The notes under the pieces were generated by a model that saw only the letters and a program-made list of their open reading frames with translations, was not told the origin of the DNA and ran no database searches. A DNA stretch of 64,000 nt from an uncultured cyanobacterium. Its GTDB lineage: Bacteria; Cyanobacteriota; Cyanobacteriia; Cyanobacteriales; CAWUOF01. Below, in pieces: positions 40,547 to 51,203 of the stretch. The stretch lies in the NCBI GenBank assembly GCA_963744145.1, contig CAVUSO010000001.1, forward strand, positions 5,248,001 through 5,312,000, read 5' to 3'. The translations under genes and the position numbers were made by a program. Each line of letters starts with the position of its first letter. Within the stretch, counting starts at the first letter, position 1.

Positions 40547-41155
40547 CTAATTTGGGGTCTTGGGAACTGGAGACAGATCGACACTGGGAGTTTCTGGTGA
40601 TGAGGACTGGCTAGAAGGTAGAGATAGTTCTATATTAGGACCACGATCATAGATTTCGATATCCCATTGTCCTCCTCGATTATATTCAAAAGCTACAAAT
40701 CGCCCATTACCGCTAATCGTGGGATGACGAATTTCCCCGGGAAAATTATTAGTGATCGGTTCGGAACGAAAGGTTTGCCGATCATATATAAATACATCTG
40801 GTTTACCTCTTTGTTCAGATACATAAACAATGTAGCGACCGTCAGCACTAAGGTCAGGCTGATCTTGCATCACATTAGGTAAATTGAGACCAGGTAGAGC
40901 CACTAGACGACGTTGTTGTACATCGTAGAGAAATATATTCCGCTCATAATTACGGTCTGATGTAAATATCAGATAGTGACCATCATAGGAAAACCTGGGA
41001 TATCCTTCATTAGCTTTGCTATTCAGAGTTGCTCCCCAATCTTGTGGTGGTGGTGTGAGCCAACGGGAATCACTACATCCATTTATGCCTACCAAGAAAG
41101 CGGCAAAAACTGGCAGATCCCATTTCCAGGTTTTCCCGAACAGTTTTGGGAACAT
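40547..41155 (-). CDS. TolB-like (PD40) lipoprotein
   Basis: Lipobox INGC; repeated P.lS.dGr.ivf.S motifs. Confidence 0.85.
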   Translation of the reverse strand: MFPKLFGKTWKWDLPVFAAFLVGINGCSDSRWLTPPPQDWGATLNSKANEGYPRFSYDGHYLIFTSDRNYERNIFLYDVQQRRLVALPGLNLPNVMQDQPDLSADGRYIVYVSEQRGKPDVFIYDRQTFRSEPITNNFPGEIRHPTISGNGRFVAFEYNRGGQWDIEIYDRGPNIELSLPSSQSSSPETPSVDLSPVPKTPN

Positions 41156-41162
41156 TGTCTGA

Positions 41163-42272
41163 TTAAGCAGGAGTCAAGAGACTGCTTGGTTGGGAGGGAT
41201 TATGTGGGGTTGACTTACCAGGAGCATCTGAAGTTCCTGATGTGGTTGGTTTTTCCCCAATAGTTTTGGCTACTTCAATTCCATTTTGTTCCAAAATTAC
41301 CACTGGATCTCCACCGGGATTCATTTCCACCCGTTTGATAATTACTTGACCATTGGCTAGCTTTTGGCCTACAGAAACATATCTAGTGGTAAGTTCATTT
41401 GGTGCTCGGACAATAACTTGTGTGGTATTTCCTACTTGGACAACACCGCTCACTTCCGTAGCTCTGGCCAAATCTGGTTGGGGGATAGCAGGTAATTTGG
41501 GCACATTCGGTCCAGATGGATTAGTAGCAACATCAGGTTTTGGTGGAAGTGGTAGTTCTGGTAAATTGGGAATATTCACCTCCGGCACCTTGGGCAAATT
41601 TGGTCTACTAGGAGCGCTAGGCTTCCTGCTGATTTTAGGTTTGTTTCCAGATGATAAAGGTGCCTCGCTAGGTTTGGGTTTGTTTCCAGATGATAAAGGT
41701 CCTCCGCTAGGTTTGGGTTTGTTTCCAGATGATAAAGGTCCTCCGCTAGGTTTGGACACTTCAGGTGGTAAAGGTAGTTCGGGTAAATTTGGGAGTGAGA
41801 CAACTGACTGATTGGGTATTTTTGGACCTTTGGGGCCACCAGACAGATTAGGAAGTTCTGGTGGTAGAGGTAGTTCTGGTAGAGATGGCAATTGCTGGGG
41901 ATTTTGCTTGGGTAGTTGTAGCTGATTAGGAAGATTAGGGCTTTGACCAGCTCCGAGTTTCGGTGGAACCGGTTTCAGGTCAATGGGTAATCCAAAGGGA
42001 TTACTTCTTCCTTGCCCAGCTAGTTTGACTCGTTCAAGTGGATTGACCGGTTGAATGAGGTCTGATGCAGCTACAGCAATTTTATCCTGGCCAGAAGCCA
42101 CGGTTGGTTGATTACCAGCGGGGGGCGTTGGTACACTCGCCCCAGTTGTTGGACTGGGGGTAGCTGGACTAGCAGAAGGAGAAGAAGTAGCGGCTGGTGG
42201 GGTACTAGAACATCCACCCAGCAGTAATGCCGTAAGAATTCCTAGATAAACGATCAATGAACTTAGACGCAT
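41163..42272 (-). CDS. Proline-rich lipoprotein
   Basis: Lipobox LGGC, GRSNPF, Pro-rich middle, conserved-looking C-terminal VSGVVQVG..RYV.VG domain. Confidence 0.8.
   Translation of the reverse strand: MRLSSLIVYLGILTALLLGGCSSTPPAATSSPSASPATPSPTTGASVPTPPAGNQPTVASGQDKIAVAASDLIQPVNPLERVKLAGQGRSNPFGLPIDLKPVPPKLGAGQSPNLPNQLQLPKQNPQQLPSLPELPLPPELPNLSGGPKGPKIPNQSVVSLPNLPELPLPPEVSKPSGGPLSSGNKPKPSGGPLSSGNKPKPSEAPLSSGNKPKISRKPSAPSRPNLPKVPEVNIPNLPELPLPPKPDVATNPSGPNVPKLPAIPQPDLARATEVSGVVQVGNTTQVIVRAPNELTTRYVSVGQKLANGQVIIKRVEMNPGGDPVVILEQNGIEVAKTIGEKPTTSGTSDAPGKSTPHNPSQPSSLLTPA
41637..41755 (-). repeat. Intragenic 39-nt tandem repeat x3 (KPSGGPLSSGNKP)
   Basis: CTAGGTTTGGGTTTGTTTCCAGATGATAAAGGTCCTCCG units. 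Confidence 0.85.
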
Positions 42273-42533
42273 GGCTAGTTCCCAATTGGTTTTATTATAA
42301 AATAACTTATCTAACCTTTTTTCCGCTAAAATTAGTAGTTTCCTGCGGGAAAATTAGCTAAAACCACAACTGCACAAATACCTGTTAACCTCAGATCAAA
42401 AGTTGCAGATCGAAGCGATTCCTAAGTTAAACTTAAGGCTAGGTTTACCTGTTTCCTGGCTGATCGCCCAAAAGTGGTTGTTTCTGCTCCAACCTTTTGC
42501 CTTAGTATTGCTATCCAAAACCAAGGAGATTTT

Positions 42534-44135
42534 ATGACAGAAGCACCGATATCACCAGTGGTGCTAGTCATCTTAGACGGCTGGGGTTATAGTGAAGCCC
42601 CCAACGGCAGTAATGCGATCGCCAGCGCGAAAACACCAGTGATGGATAGTCTCTGGGCTGCTTATCCGAGAACGACAATTCGCACTTCGGGCAAAGCTGT
42701 CGGTCTACCAGAAGGACAAATGGGCAACTCAGAAGTAGGGCATCTAAATATTGGTGCTGGGCGAGTAGTACCCCAGGAATTAGTCAGAATATCTGATGCG
42801 ATCGAAGATGGCAGTATCCGGAATAACCCGGCTCTAGTCCAAGTTTGTCAGGATGTGCGTCAGCGTTCTAGCAAACTCCACTTGGTGGGATTATGTTCAG
42901 AAGGTGGTGTTCACTCCCATCTTAAACATCTGTTTGGATTGTTGGATTTAGCCAAGAGCCAAGCAGTAACGGATGTTTGTATTCACGCGATTGGAGATGG
43001 TCGTGATACCTCACCAAAAGAAGGGATTGAAGCAATTACTAAGTTGCAAGCATATATTGACCAGATTGGACTCGGAAGAATTGTGACCTTGAGTGGTCGT
43101 TACTATGCGATGGATCGGGATCATCGCTGGGATCGCACTCAACTTGCTTACAATGTGATGACTCAAGATGGCGAGGGCAATGGTCGCAGTGTGATCGAAG
43201 TTTGGCAAGCTGCTTATGATCAAGGAGTGACGGATGAGTTTATTATTCCCACTCGCATTGCTCCGGGCGCAGTAGCACCAGGAGATGGTGTGATATTTTT
43301 TAACTTCCGACCCGATCGGGCTAGACAGTTAACTCAGGCTTTTGTTGATCCCTCTTTTGCCGGATTTACTAGGACTGAGATCAAACCGTTAACTTTTGTC
43401 ACCCTGACTCAGTATGATCCCGGATTGCCAGTCTTAGTCGCTTTTGAACCTCAAAACCTCAATAATATCCTCGGAGAAGTAATCTCTAAAAATGGTCTGC
43501 GTCAATTGCGGACAGCGGAAACGGAAAAGTATGCTCATGTCACTTACTTTTTTAATGGTGGCTTAGAAGACCCATTTCCTGGAGAAGACCGAGTCTTAGT
43601 ACCTAGTCCGATGGTGGCAACCTATGATCAAGCACCTCAAATGTCAGCTCAAGCAGTGACAGATGGGGCGATCGCTGCGGTGGAGAAGCAAATTTATGCT
43701 TTCATTGCCATTAACTATGCTAATCCAGATATGGTCGGCCATACTGGCGATATTCCCGCGACAATTGAAGCGATCGAAACAGTCGATCGCTGTTTAGGAC
43801 AGTTAATAGCCAGCATTAGTCGAGTTGGGGGAACAACGATGATTATTGCTGATCATGGTAATGCTGAATGTATGCGGGATGAAAAAGGGAATCCTTGGAC
43901 AGCGCATACAACTAACCCCGTTCCGTTTATTCTGATCGAGGGAGAAGGGTTAAAAATTCCTGGACATGGTACTGATGTACCGCTACGGACTGATGGCTGT
44001 TTAGCGGATATAGCACCGACTATCCTAGAAATTTTAAAGCTACCCCAACCCAAAGAAATGACGGGTCGTTCGATGATTGAAACCGCAGAATTCAATGTCC
44101 AACCTAGCCGTACCCCAGTACGAGTGCGTTTGTAA
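42534..44135 (+). CDS. gpmI: 2,3-BPG-independent phosphoglycerate mutase
   Basis: ILDGWG, GQMGNSEVGH, GRYYAMDRD, ETEKYAHVT, ADHGNAE. Confidence 0.98.
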   Translation: MTEAPISPVVLVILDGWGYSEAPNGSNAIASAKTPVMDSLWAAYPRTTIRTSGKAVGLPEGQMGNSEVGHLNIGAGRVVPQELVRISDAIEDGSIRNNPALVQVCQDVRQRSSKLHLVGLCSEGGVHSHLKHLFGLLDLAKSQAVTDVCIHAIGDGRDTSPKEGIEAITKLQAYIDQIGLGRIVTLSGRYYAMDRDHRWDRTQLAYNVMTQDGEGNGRSVIEVWQAAYDQGVTDEFIIPTRIAPGAVAPGDGVIFFNFRPDRARQLTQAFVDPSFAGFTRTEIKPLTFVTLTQYDPGLPVLVAFEPQNLNNILGEVISKNGLRQLRTAETEKYAHVTYFFNGGLEDPFPGEDRVLVPSPMVATYDQAPQMSAQAVTDGAIAAVEKQIYAFIAINYANPDMVGHTGDIPATIEAIETVDRCLGQLIASISRVGGTTMIIADHGNAECMRDEKGNPWTAHTTNPVPFILIEGEGLKIPGHGTDVPLRTDGCLADIAPTILEILKLPQPKEMTGRSMIETAEFNVQPSRTPVRVRL

Positions 44136-44213
44136 GGGATAGATTTTTTGGGTTGCTGATGCTGACCAGATTACTAAAATCCCCACTGTTAAAACTTATA
44201 CCTGACCAACACA

Positions 44214-44438
44214 ATGACCGTTACTACTTTTCTCAAAGCAATTTGGCTTTTATCTGCTCTAGGTCTCATCATCTTTGTACTTCTGCACAGTCCGAAAGGT
44301 GATGGGATTGGGATTGGTGGACAAGCACAAATGTTTACCAGTGCAAAAAGTGCGGAAACAACCTTAAACCGTATTACCTGGACGCTCAGTATTGTTTTTA
44401 TGGGCATAACAGTAATTTTGAGTGCAGGTTGGTTGTAA
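44214..44438 (+). CDS. secG: Preprotein translocase subunit SecG
   Basis: VLLHSPKGDG..IGG, KSAETTLNRITW; follows gpmI. Confidence 0.95.
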   Translation: MTVTTFLKAIWLLSALGLIIFVLLHSPKGDGIGIGGQAQMFTSAKSAETTLNRITWTLSIVFMGITVILSAGWL

Positions 44439-44502
44439 TCTAACTAAAGTGGTAAAATTCAAACCTCCGTGTTTAATTCTGATTGGGTTAGCAATCAAAA
44501 CC

Positions 44503-44531
44503 GTAGGGGCGAATTGTTTTCGCGCCCCTAC
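44503..44531. repeat. GTAG-type REP-like palindrome
   Basis: GTAGGGGCGAATTGTTTTCGCGCCCCTAC. Confidence 0.55.
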
Positions 44532-44665
44532 AAAATAATTCGCCTTTTTCAGAAAAGAATTGCTTCTAACTAGTGAATATCTAATGGCTTTGCTAAATTA
44601 AAAAGATGCCATAACTGTCAATTTACGCTTAGAGCTACTGACAATAGTAAGTGGTGAAAGTTTAG

Positions 44666-45451
44666 TTAAATAGTATCTGGATCTATATTTAATTCTCGTA
44701 GTTTAGCCGCTAAACGTTCAGCTCGTTGAGATGCCTGTTGGGCTCGTTGAGATTCTTGTTGGGCTCGTTGAGATTCTTGTTGGGCTCGTTGAGATTCTTG
44801 TTGGGCTCGTTGAGATTCTTGTTGGGCTCGTTGAGATTCCTGTTCGGCGGTTTCTTCTGGTGTTGGTACTAATTTCCCAACTGATGTAAAAAATCTTAAC
44901 ATTCTGTGATGAATTCCTAAATATAACCCTAACTGTTGACTCCACAGATGTCCTTTTGGATTTGGTTCTAGAGGTTGATATTTACCATCGACTAAATGAA
45001 ACCCAGCAAATTCTAGGGTATAGGGATCGAACCAAAAATAATCTGGTGTCTGAAATATGTCTTGATAAATTTCTTTCTTTTCCCCTTTGTCATTGTTCGC
45101 GGTTGATGGCGATAAAATTTCCAGAATCACATTGGGATATTGATCATTTTCTTCCCACACTACCCAACTTTTCCGGACTTTGCGCTCCGTATCCAATACT
45201 ACAAAAAAATCTGGTCCCCGGCTGTCGTTGGTTTTACTTTGCTGGGAACTATAGTAGATGGTTAGGTTGCCCGCAGCATAAAAATCAGTTCGGTTTCGCC
45301 ATAACCATTTGAGACATTTGAGTAAGAGCATAATTTGCTCTAGATGTAGTTCACTTTCCAAGGGAGGCTCATCGCTATATATACCACTTGGGGAAACGAT
45401 ATCATTTGGGATAATCGCTTGGGAAGATTCTAATTCTTTAGCAATAGTCAT
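44666..45451 (-). CDS. Uma2 family protein, copy 1 (6 heptad repeats)
   Basis: SDEPPLES, GPDFFVV, PNVILEILS.ST, coiled-coil tail RAERLAAKLRELNIDP. Confidence 0.9.
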   Translation of the reverse strand: MTIAKELESSQAIIPNDIVSPSGIYSDEPPLESELHLEQIMLLLKCLKWLWRNRTDFYAAGNLTIYYSSQQSKTNDSRGPDFFVVLDTERKVRKSWVVWEENDQYPNVILEILSPSTANNDKGEKKEIYQDIFQTPDYFWFDPYTLEFAGFHLVDGKYQPLEPNPKGHLWSQQLGLYLGIHHRMLRFFTSVGKLVPTPEETAEQESQRAQQESQRAQQESQRAQQESQRAQQESQRAQQASQRAERLAAKLRELNIDPDTI

Positions 45452-45758
45452 AATTGAGATAATTGGATTTATTAGTTTATGGTAATACAATAGTCTAGGC
45501 AGCTTTTAGGTCGCTGTCTGAAAACCTTAATTTGACATTGACAAAGCTATGGGATAATCACCAATACTAAATCAGGTTTTTTTTGTTCGAGTTCCGATCA
45601 GGTTTTTCGTTCCGGAACCCATACCAGGAAGAAATCTGGTCTTCGGCTGTCCTTGAGCAATAGTCATTGCTTGACAGAATGGGATTGAGCAGTTAATTTT
45701 AGCAATTGATTGAGGAAAGCCAAGATACCTAGCCCACATTTAGCAGTAGTCAGGTTGC

Positions 45759-46502
45759 CTAAATAGTATCCGGATCTATATTTAATTCTCGCAGTTTAGC
45801 CGCTAAACGTTCAGCTCGTTGAGATGCCTGTTGGGCTCGTTGAGATTCTTGTTGGGCTCGTTGAGATTCTTGTTGGGCTCGTTGAGATTCCTGTTCGGCG
45901 GTTTCTTCTGGTGTTGGTACTAATTTCCCAACTGATGTAAAAAATCTTAACATTCTGTGATGAATTCCTAAATATAACCCTAACTGTTGACTCCACAGAT
46001 GTCCTTTTGGATTTGGCTCTAGGGGTTGATATTTACCATCGACTAAATGGAACCCAGCAAATTCTAGGGTGTAGGGATCGAACCAAAAATAATCTGGTGT
46101 CTGAAATATGTCTTGATAAATTTCTTTCTTTTCCCCTTTGTCATTGTTCGCGGTTGATGGCGATAAAATTTCCAGAATCACATTGGGATATTGATCATTT
46201 TCTTCCCACACTACCCAACTTTTCCGGACTTTGCGCTCCGTATCCAATACTACAAAAAAATCTGGTCCCCGGCTGTCGTTGGTTTTACTTTGCTGGGAAC
46301 TATAGTAGATGGTTAGGTTGCCCGCAGCATAAAAATCAGTTCGGTCTCGCCATAACCATTTGAGACATTTGAGTAAGAGCATAATTTGCTCTAGATGTAG
46401 TTCACTTTCCAAAGGAGGCTCATCGCTATATATACCACTTGGGGAAACGATATCATTTGGGATAATCGCTTGGGAAGATTCTAGTTCTTTAGCAATAGTC
46501 AT
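45759..46502 (-). CDS. Uma2 family protein, copy 2 (4 heptad repeats)
   Basis: As copy 1. Confidence 0.9.
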   Translation of the reverse strand: MTIAKELESSQAIIPNDIVSPSGIYSDEPPLESELHLEQIMLLLKCLKWLWRDRTDFYAAGNLTIYYSSQQSKTNDSRGPDFFVVLDTERKVRKSWVVWEENDQYPNVILEILSPSTANNDKGEKKEIYQDIFQTPDYFWFDPYTLEFAGFHLVDGKYQPLEPNPKGHLWSQQLGLYLGIHHRMLRFFTSVGKLVPTPEETAEQESQRAQQESQRAQQESQRAQQASQRAERLAAKLRELNIDPDTI

Positions 46503-46809
46503 AATTGAGATAATTGGATTTATTAGTTTATGGTAATGCAATAGTCTAGGCAGCTTTTAGGTCGCTGTCTGAAAACCTTAATTTGACATTGACAAAGCTA
46601 TGGGATAGTCACCAATACTAAATCAGGTTTTTTTTGTTCGAGTTCCGATCAGGTTTTCCGTTCCGGAACCCATACCAGGAAAAAATCTGGTCTTCGGCTG
46701 TCCTTGAGCAATAGTCATCGCTTGACAAAATGGGATTGAGCAGTTAATTTTAGCAATTGATTGAGGAAAGCCAAGATACCTAGCCCACATTTAGCAGTAG
46801 TCAGGTTGC

Positions 46810-47533
46810 CTAAATAGTATCCGGATCTATATTTAATTCTCGCAGTTTAGCCGCTAAACGTTCAGCTCGTTGAGATTCCTGTTCGGCTCGTTGAGATTCC
46901 TGTTCGGCTCGTTGAGATTCCTGTTCAGCAGTTTCTTCTGGTGTTGGTACTAATTTCCCAACTGATGTAAAAAATCTTAACATTCTGTGATGAATTCCTA
47001 AATATAACCCTAATTGTTGACTCCACAGATGTCCTTTTGGATTTGGTTCTAGGGGTTGATATTTACCATCGACTAAATGAAACCCAGCAAATTCTAGGGT
47101 GTAGGGATCAAACCAAAAATAATCTGGTGTCTGAAATATGTCTTGATAAATTTCTTTCTTTTCCCCTTTGTCATTGTTCGCGGTTGATGGCGATAAAATT
47201 TCCAGAATCACATTGGGATATTGATCATTTTCTTCCCACACTACCCAACTTTTCCGGACTTTGCGCTCCGTATCCAATACTACAAAAAAATCTGGTCCCC
47301 GGCTGTCGTTGGTTTTACTTTGCTGGGAACTATAGTAGATGGTTAGGTTGCCCGCAGCATAAAAATCAGTTCGGTCTCGACCATAACCATTTGAGACATT
47401 TGAGTAAGAGCATAATTTGCTCTAGATGTAGTTCACTTTCCAAGGGAGGCTCATCGCTATATATACCACTTGGGGAAACGATATCATTTGGGATAATCGC
47501 TTGGGAAGATTCTAATTCTTTAGCAATAGTCAT
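46810..47533 (-). pseudogene. Uma2 copy 3 (3 repeats), +1 frameshift at 47380
   Basis: TCTCGACCATA versus TCTCGCCATA in intact copies 2 and 4. Confidence 0.85.
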
Positions 47534-47840
47534 AATTGAGATAATTGGATTTATTAGTTTATGGTAATACAATAGTCTAGGCAGCTTTTAGGTCGCTGTC
47601 TGAAAACCTTAATTTGACATTGACAAAGCTATGGGATAATCACCAATACTAAATCAGGTTTTTTTTGTTCGAGTTCCGATCAGGTTTTTCGTTCCGGAAC
47701 CCATACCAGGAAAAAATCTGGTCTTCGGCTGTCCTTGAGCAATAGTCATTGCTTGACAGAATGGGATTGAGCAGTTAATTTTAGCAATTGATTGAGGAAA
47801 GCCAAGATACCTAGCCCACATTTAGCAGTAGTCAGGTTGC

Positions 47841-48605
47841 CTAAATAGTATCCGGATCTATATTTAATTCTCGCAGTTTAGCCGCTAAACGTTCAGCTCG
47901 TTGAGATGCCTGTTCGGCTCGTTGAGATGCCTGTTCGGCTCGTTGAGATTCTTGTTGGGCTCGTTGAGATTCTTGTTGGGCTCGTTGAGATTCCTGTTCG
48001 GCGGTTTCTTCTGGTGTTGGTACTAATTTCCCAACTGATGTAAAAAATCTTAACATTCTGTGATGAATTCCTAAATATAACCCTAATTGTTGACTCCACA
48101 GATGTCCTTTTGGATTTGGTTCTAGGGGTTGATATTTACCATCGACTAAATGAAACCCAGCAAATTCTAGGGTGTAGGGATCAAACCAAAAATAATCTGG
48201 TGTCCGAAATATGTCTTGATAAATTTCTTTCTTTTCCCCTTTGTCATTGTTCGCGGTTGATGGCGATAAAATTTCCAGAATCACATTGGGATATTGATCA
48301 TTTTCTTCCCACACTACCCAACTTTTCCGGACTTTGCGCTCCGTATCCAATACTACAAAAAAATCTGGTCCCCGGCTGTTGTTGGTTTTACTTTGCTGGG
48401 AACTATAGTAGATGGTTAGGTTGCCCGCAGCATAAAAATCAGTTTGGTCTCGCCATAACCATTTGAGACATTTGAGTAAGAGCATAATTTGCTCTAGATG
48501 TAGTTCGCTTTCCAAGGGAGGCTCGTCGCTATATATACCACTTGGGGAAACGATATCATTTGGGATAATCGCTTGGGAAGATTCTAGTTCTTTAGCAATA
48601 GTCAT
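47841..48605 (-). CDS. Uma2 family protein, copy 4 (5 heptad repeats)
   Basis: As copy 1. Confidence 0.9.
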   Translation of the reverse strand: MTIAKELESSQAIIPNDIVSPSGIYSDEPPLESELHLEQIMLLLKCLKWLWRDQTDFYAAGNLTIYYSSQQSKTNNSRGPDFFVVLDTERKVRKSWVVWEENDQYPNVILEILSPSTANNDKGEKKEIYQDIFRTPDYFWFDPYTLEFAGFHLVDGKYQPLEPNPKGHLWSQQLGLYLGIHHRMLRFFTSVGKLVPTPEETAEQESQRAQQESQRAQQESQRAEQASQRAEQASQRAERLAAKLRELNIDPDTI

Positions 48606-48784
48606 AATTGAGATAATTGGATTTATTAGTTTATGGTAATGTAATAGTCTAGGCAGCTTTTAGGTCGCTGTCTGAAAACCTTAATTTGACATTGACAAAG
48701 CCGAATGGAATTGAGCAGTTAATTTTAGCAATTGATTGAGGAAAGCCAAGATACCTAGCCCACATTTAGCAGTAGTCAGCTTGC

Positions 48785-49592
48785 CTAAATAGCATCTGGA
48801 TCTATATTTAATTCTCGCAGTTTAGCCGCTAAACGTTCAGCTCGTTGAGATTCCTGTTCGGCTCGTTGAGATTCCTGTTCAGCTCGTTGAGATTCCTGTT
48901 CGGCTCGTTGAGATTCCTGTTCGGCTCGTTGAGATTCCTGTTCGGCTCGTTGAGATTCCTGTTCGGCTCGTTGAGATTCCTGTTCAGCAGTTTCTTCTGG
49001 TGTTGGTACTAATTTCCCAACTGATGTAAAAAATCTTAACATTCTGTGATGAATTCCTAAATATAACCCTAACTGTTGGCTCCACAGATGTCCTTTTGGA
49101 TTTGGTTCTAGGGGTTGATATTTACCATCGACTAAATGAAACCCAGCAAATTCTAGGGTGTAGGGATCGAACCAAAAATAATCTGGTGTCCGAAATATGT
49201 CTTGATAAATTTCTTTCTTTTCCCCTTTGTCATTGTTCGCGGTTGATGGCGATAAAATTTCCAGAATCATATTGGGATATTGATCATTTTCTTCCCACAC
49301 TACCCAACTTTTCCGGATTTTCCGTTCCGTATCCAATACTACAAAAAAATCTGGTCCCCGGCTGTCGTTGGTTTTACTTTGCTGGGAACTATAGTAGATG
49401 GTTAGGTTGCCCGCAGCATAAAAATCAGTTCGGTCTCGACCATAACCATTTGAGACATTTGAGTAAGAGCATAATTTGCTCTAGATGTAGTTCACTTTCC
49501 AAGGGAGGCTCGTCGCTATATATACCACTTGAGGAAACGATATCATTTGGGATAATCGCTTGGGAAGATTCTAGTTCTTTAGCAATAGTCAT
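48785..49592 (-). pseudogene. Uma2 copy 5 (7 repeats), +1 frameshift at 49439
   Basis: Same extra A as copy 3. Confidence 0.85.
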
Positions 49593-49702
49593 AATTGAGA
49601 TGATTCCATTTATTAGTTTATGGTAATGGTAAGTAATGTTATTTTATAAAACGCAGAGCTTTTCCCTTTAAATGTAGGGATTAGCTCTGCGATCGCTCCT
49701 AC

Positions 49703-51094
49703 TTAACGACCAATTCCTACATAACGGAAACCAGCACTTTCTAACAATTGCCGATCGAGGAAATTGCGACCATCAATCATCACACGATTATTCATCAACT
49801 TCGCCATTTTTGCGTAATCTAAATTCCGAAATTGTTGCCATTCTGTTACTAATAACAAAGCATCACAACCATCGGCTAAACGTTCAGCATCAGTTTCAAT
49901 AATTACCCCCGAAAAACCGTGCCGAATCCCGGTTTGGGAGACGATCGGATCGTAAGCTTTTACTTTAGCACCCAACCGATTGAGATGTTCAATAATATTC
50001 AAGGATGGTGCATCACGCATATCATCAGTATCTGGTTTAAATGTAAGTCCTAACAAACCCACAATTTTTCCTTTCAGAATTTTGAGTTCATGTTGCAGTT
50101 TTTCAATCACAATCAACCGTTGATGTTGATTAACTTCCACCGCAGATTTCAACAATTGAGCATTATAACCATAATCATCAGCCGTATGAATTAAAGCTGA
50201 GACATCTTTGGGAAAACAGAATCCTCCCCAACCAATTCCTGATTGCAAAAACTTATTACCAATGCGTGAATCTAACCCAATTCCCTTCGCTACTTGAATC
50301 ACATCCGCACCAACGCGATCGCAAATATTGGCAATTTCATTAATATAGCTAATTTTGGTCGCTAAAAACGAATTAGCCGCATATTTAATCATCTCTGCTG
50401 AACTGATATCAGTAATTACTACAGGTACTGGAGGTAAAGACTTATTTTCAGCAAACTTCCGTTCCACGATCGGACTATATAATTCCTGCATCATGTCTAA
50501 AGCTTTCTGACTATTACTACCCAATACGATCCGATCGGGGTTGAAAGTATCGTAAATTGCTGAACCTTCGCGTAAAAATTCCGGATTACTGACGACATCA
50601 AATTTAGCTACAATTTCTTTTTGGACTTCATTACCAACCCCATGATCTTCAGTGGTTAAAGATTTTTGACGTTCATCAATTCCATCTAAAACAATCCGTC
50701 TTACCCAGTCACCCGAACCAATCGGTACTGTCGATTTATTCACAATCACTTTATAACCATCATGGAGATGAGCTCCGATCCCGCGAGCTACAGCTTCTAC
50801 ATAACGAGTATCACTTTCACCTGTAGGTAAAGGAGGAGTACCTACAGCAATAAATAAAATATCACTTTTAGTTACACCATCACCTAAATCTGTGCTAAAT
50901 TCTAAACTGCCATTATTAGATGCTGACTGCATCAGTTCTGACAACCCCGGCTCAAAAATCGGAGACTGACCAGCCTTCATCAATTTTACTTTTTCTTCAT
51001 TATTATCGACACAAATTACCTGATGACCAATATGAGCCAAACAAACTCCTGTTACCAAACCAACATATCCCGTACCAATTACACATACACGCAT
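49703..51094 (-). CDS. ugd: UDP-glucose 6-dehydrogenase
   Basis: VIGTGYVG, KSTVPIG, SNPEFLREG, GG.CFPKD, FKPDTDDMR. Confidence 0.96.
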   Translation of the reverse strand: MRVCVIGTGYVGLVTGVCLAHIGHQVICVDNNEEKVKLMKAGQSPIFEPGLSELMQSASNNGSLEFSTDLGDGVTKSDILFIAVGTPPLPTGESDTRYVEAVARGIGAHLHDGYKVIVNKSTVPIGSGDWVRRIVLDGIDERQKSLTTEDHGVGNEVQKEIVAKFDVVSNPEFLREGSAIYDTFNPDRIVLGSNSQKALDMMQELYSPIVERKFAENKSLPPVPVVITDISSAEMIKYAANSFLATKISYINEIANICDRVGADVIQVAKGIGLDSRIGNKFLQSGIGWGGFCFPKDVSALIHTADDYGYNAQLLKSAVEVNQHQRLIVIEKLQHELKILKGKIVGLLGLTFKPDTDDMRDAPSLNIIEHLNRLGAKVKAYDPIVSQTGIRHGFSGVIIETDAERLADGCDALLLVTEWQQFRNLDYAKMAKLMNNRVMIDGRNFLDRQLLESAGFRYVGIGR

Positions 51095-51203
51095 ACTGTA
51101 AATCCTCCTTGTCAGAATTTAATGGTTGATCGTTAGCAGCAATATTCCTGGTTAAATGTTCCCTGATTTTTTAATTAAATTTCACTTATTCACGACCGTG
51201 CGA

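Larger units (their letters stand above)
44666..49627 (-). repeat. Tandem array of five ~1-kb Uma2 units
   Basis: Near-identical units with stops at 44666, 45759, 46810, 47841 and 48785. Confidence 0.95.

Noticed and set aside
44700..48990. Uma2 array as a CRISPR-like array or diversity-generating retroelement
   Set aside because: The 21-nt repeats are contiguous and in frame with no spacers; no reverse transcriptase or adenine-specific variation seen
44718..49626. Alternative-frame ORFs (RISTSPT repeats, 118-176 aa + strand ORFs) repeated in the Uma2 units
   Set aside because: Shadow frames conserved only because the units are near-identical
50215..50225. Ugd active-site GGFCFPKD instead of the usual GGSCFPKD
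   Set aside because: A single base (GGATTC versus GGATCC) explains it; cannot be told apart from a sequencing error, and the catalytic Cys is intact
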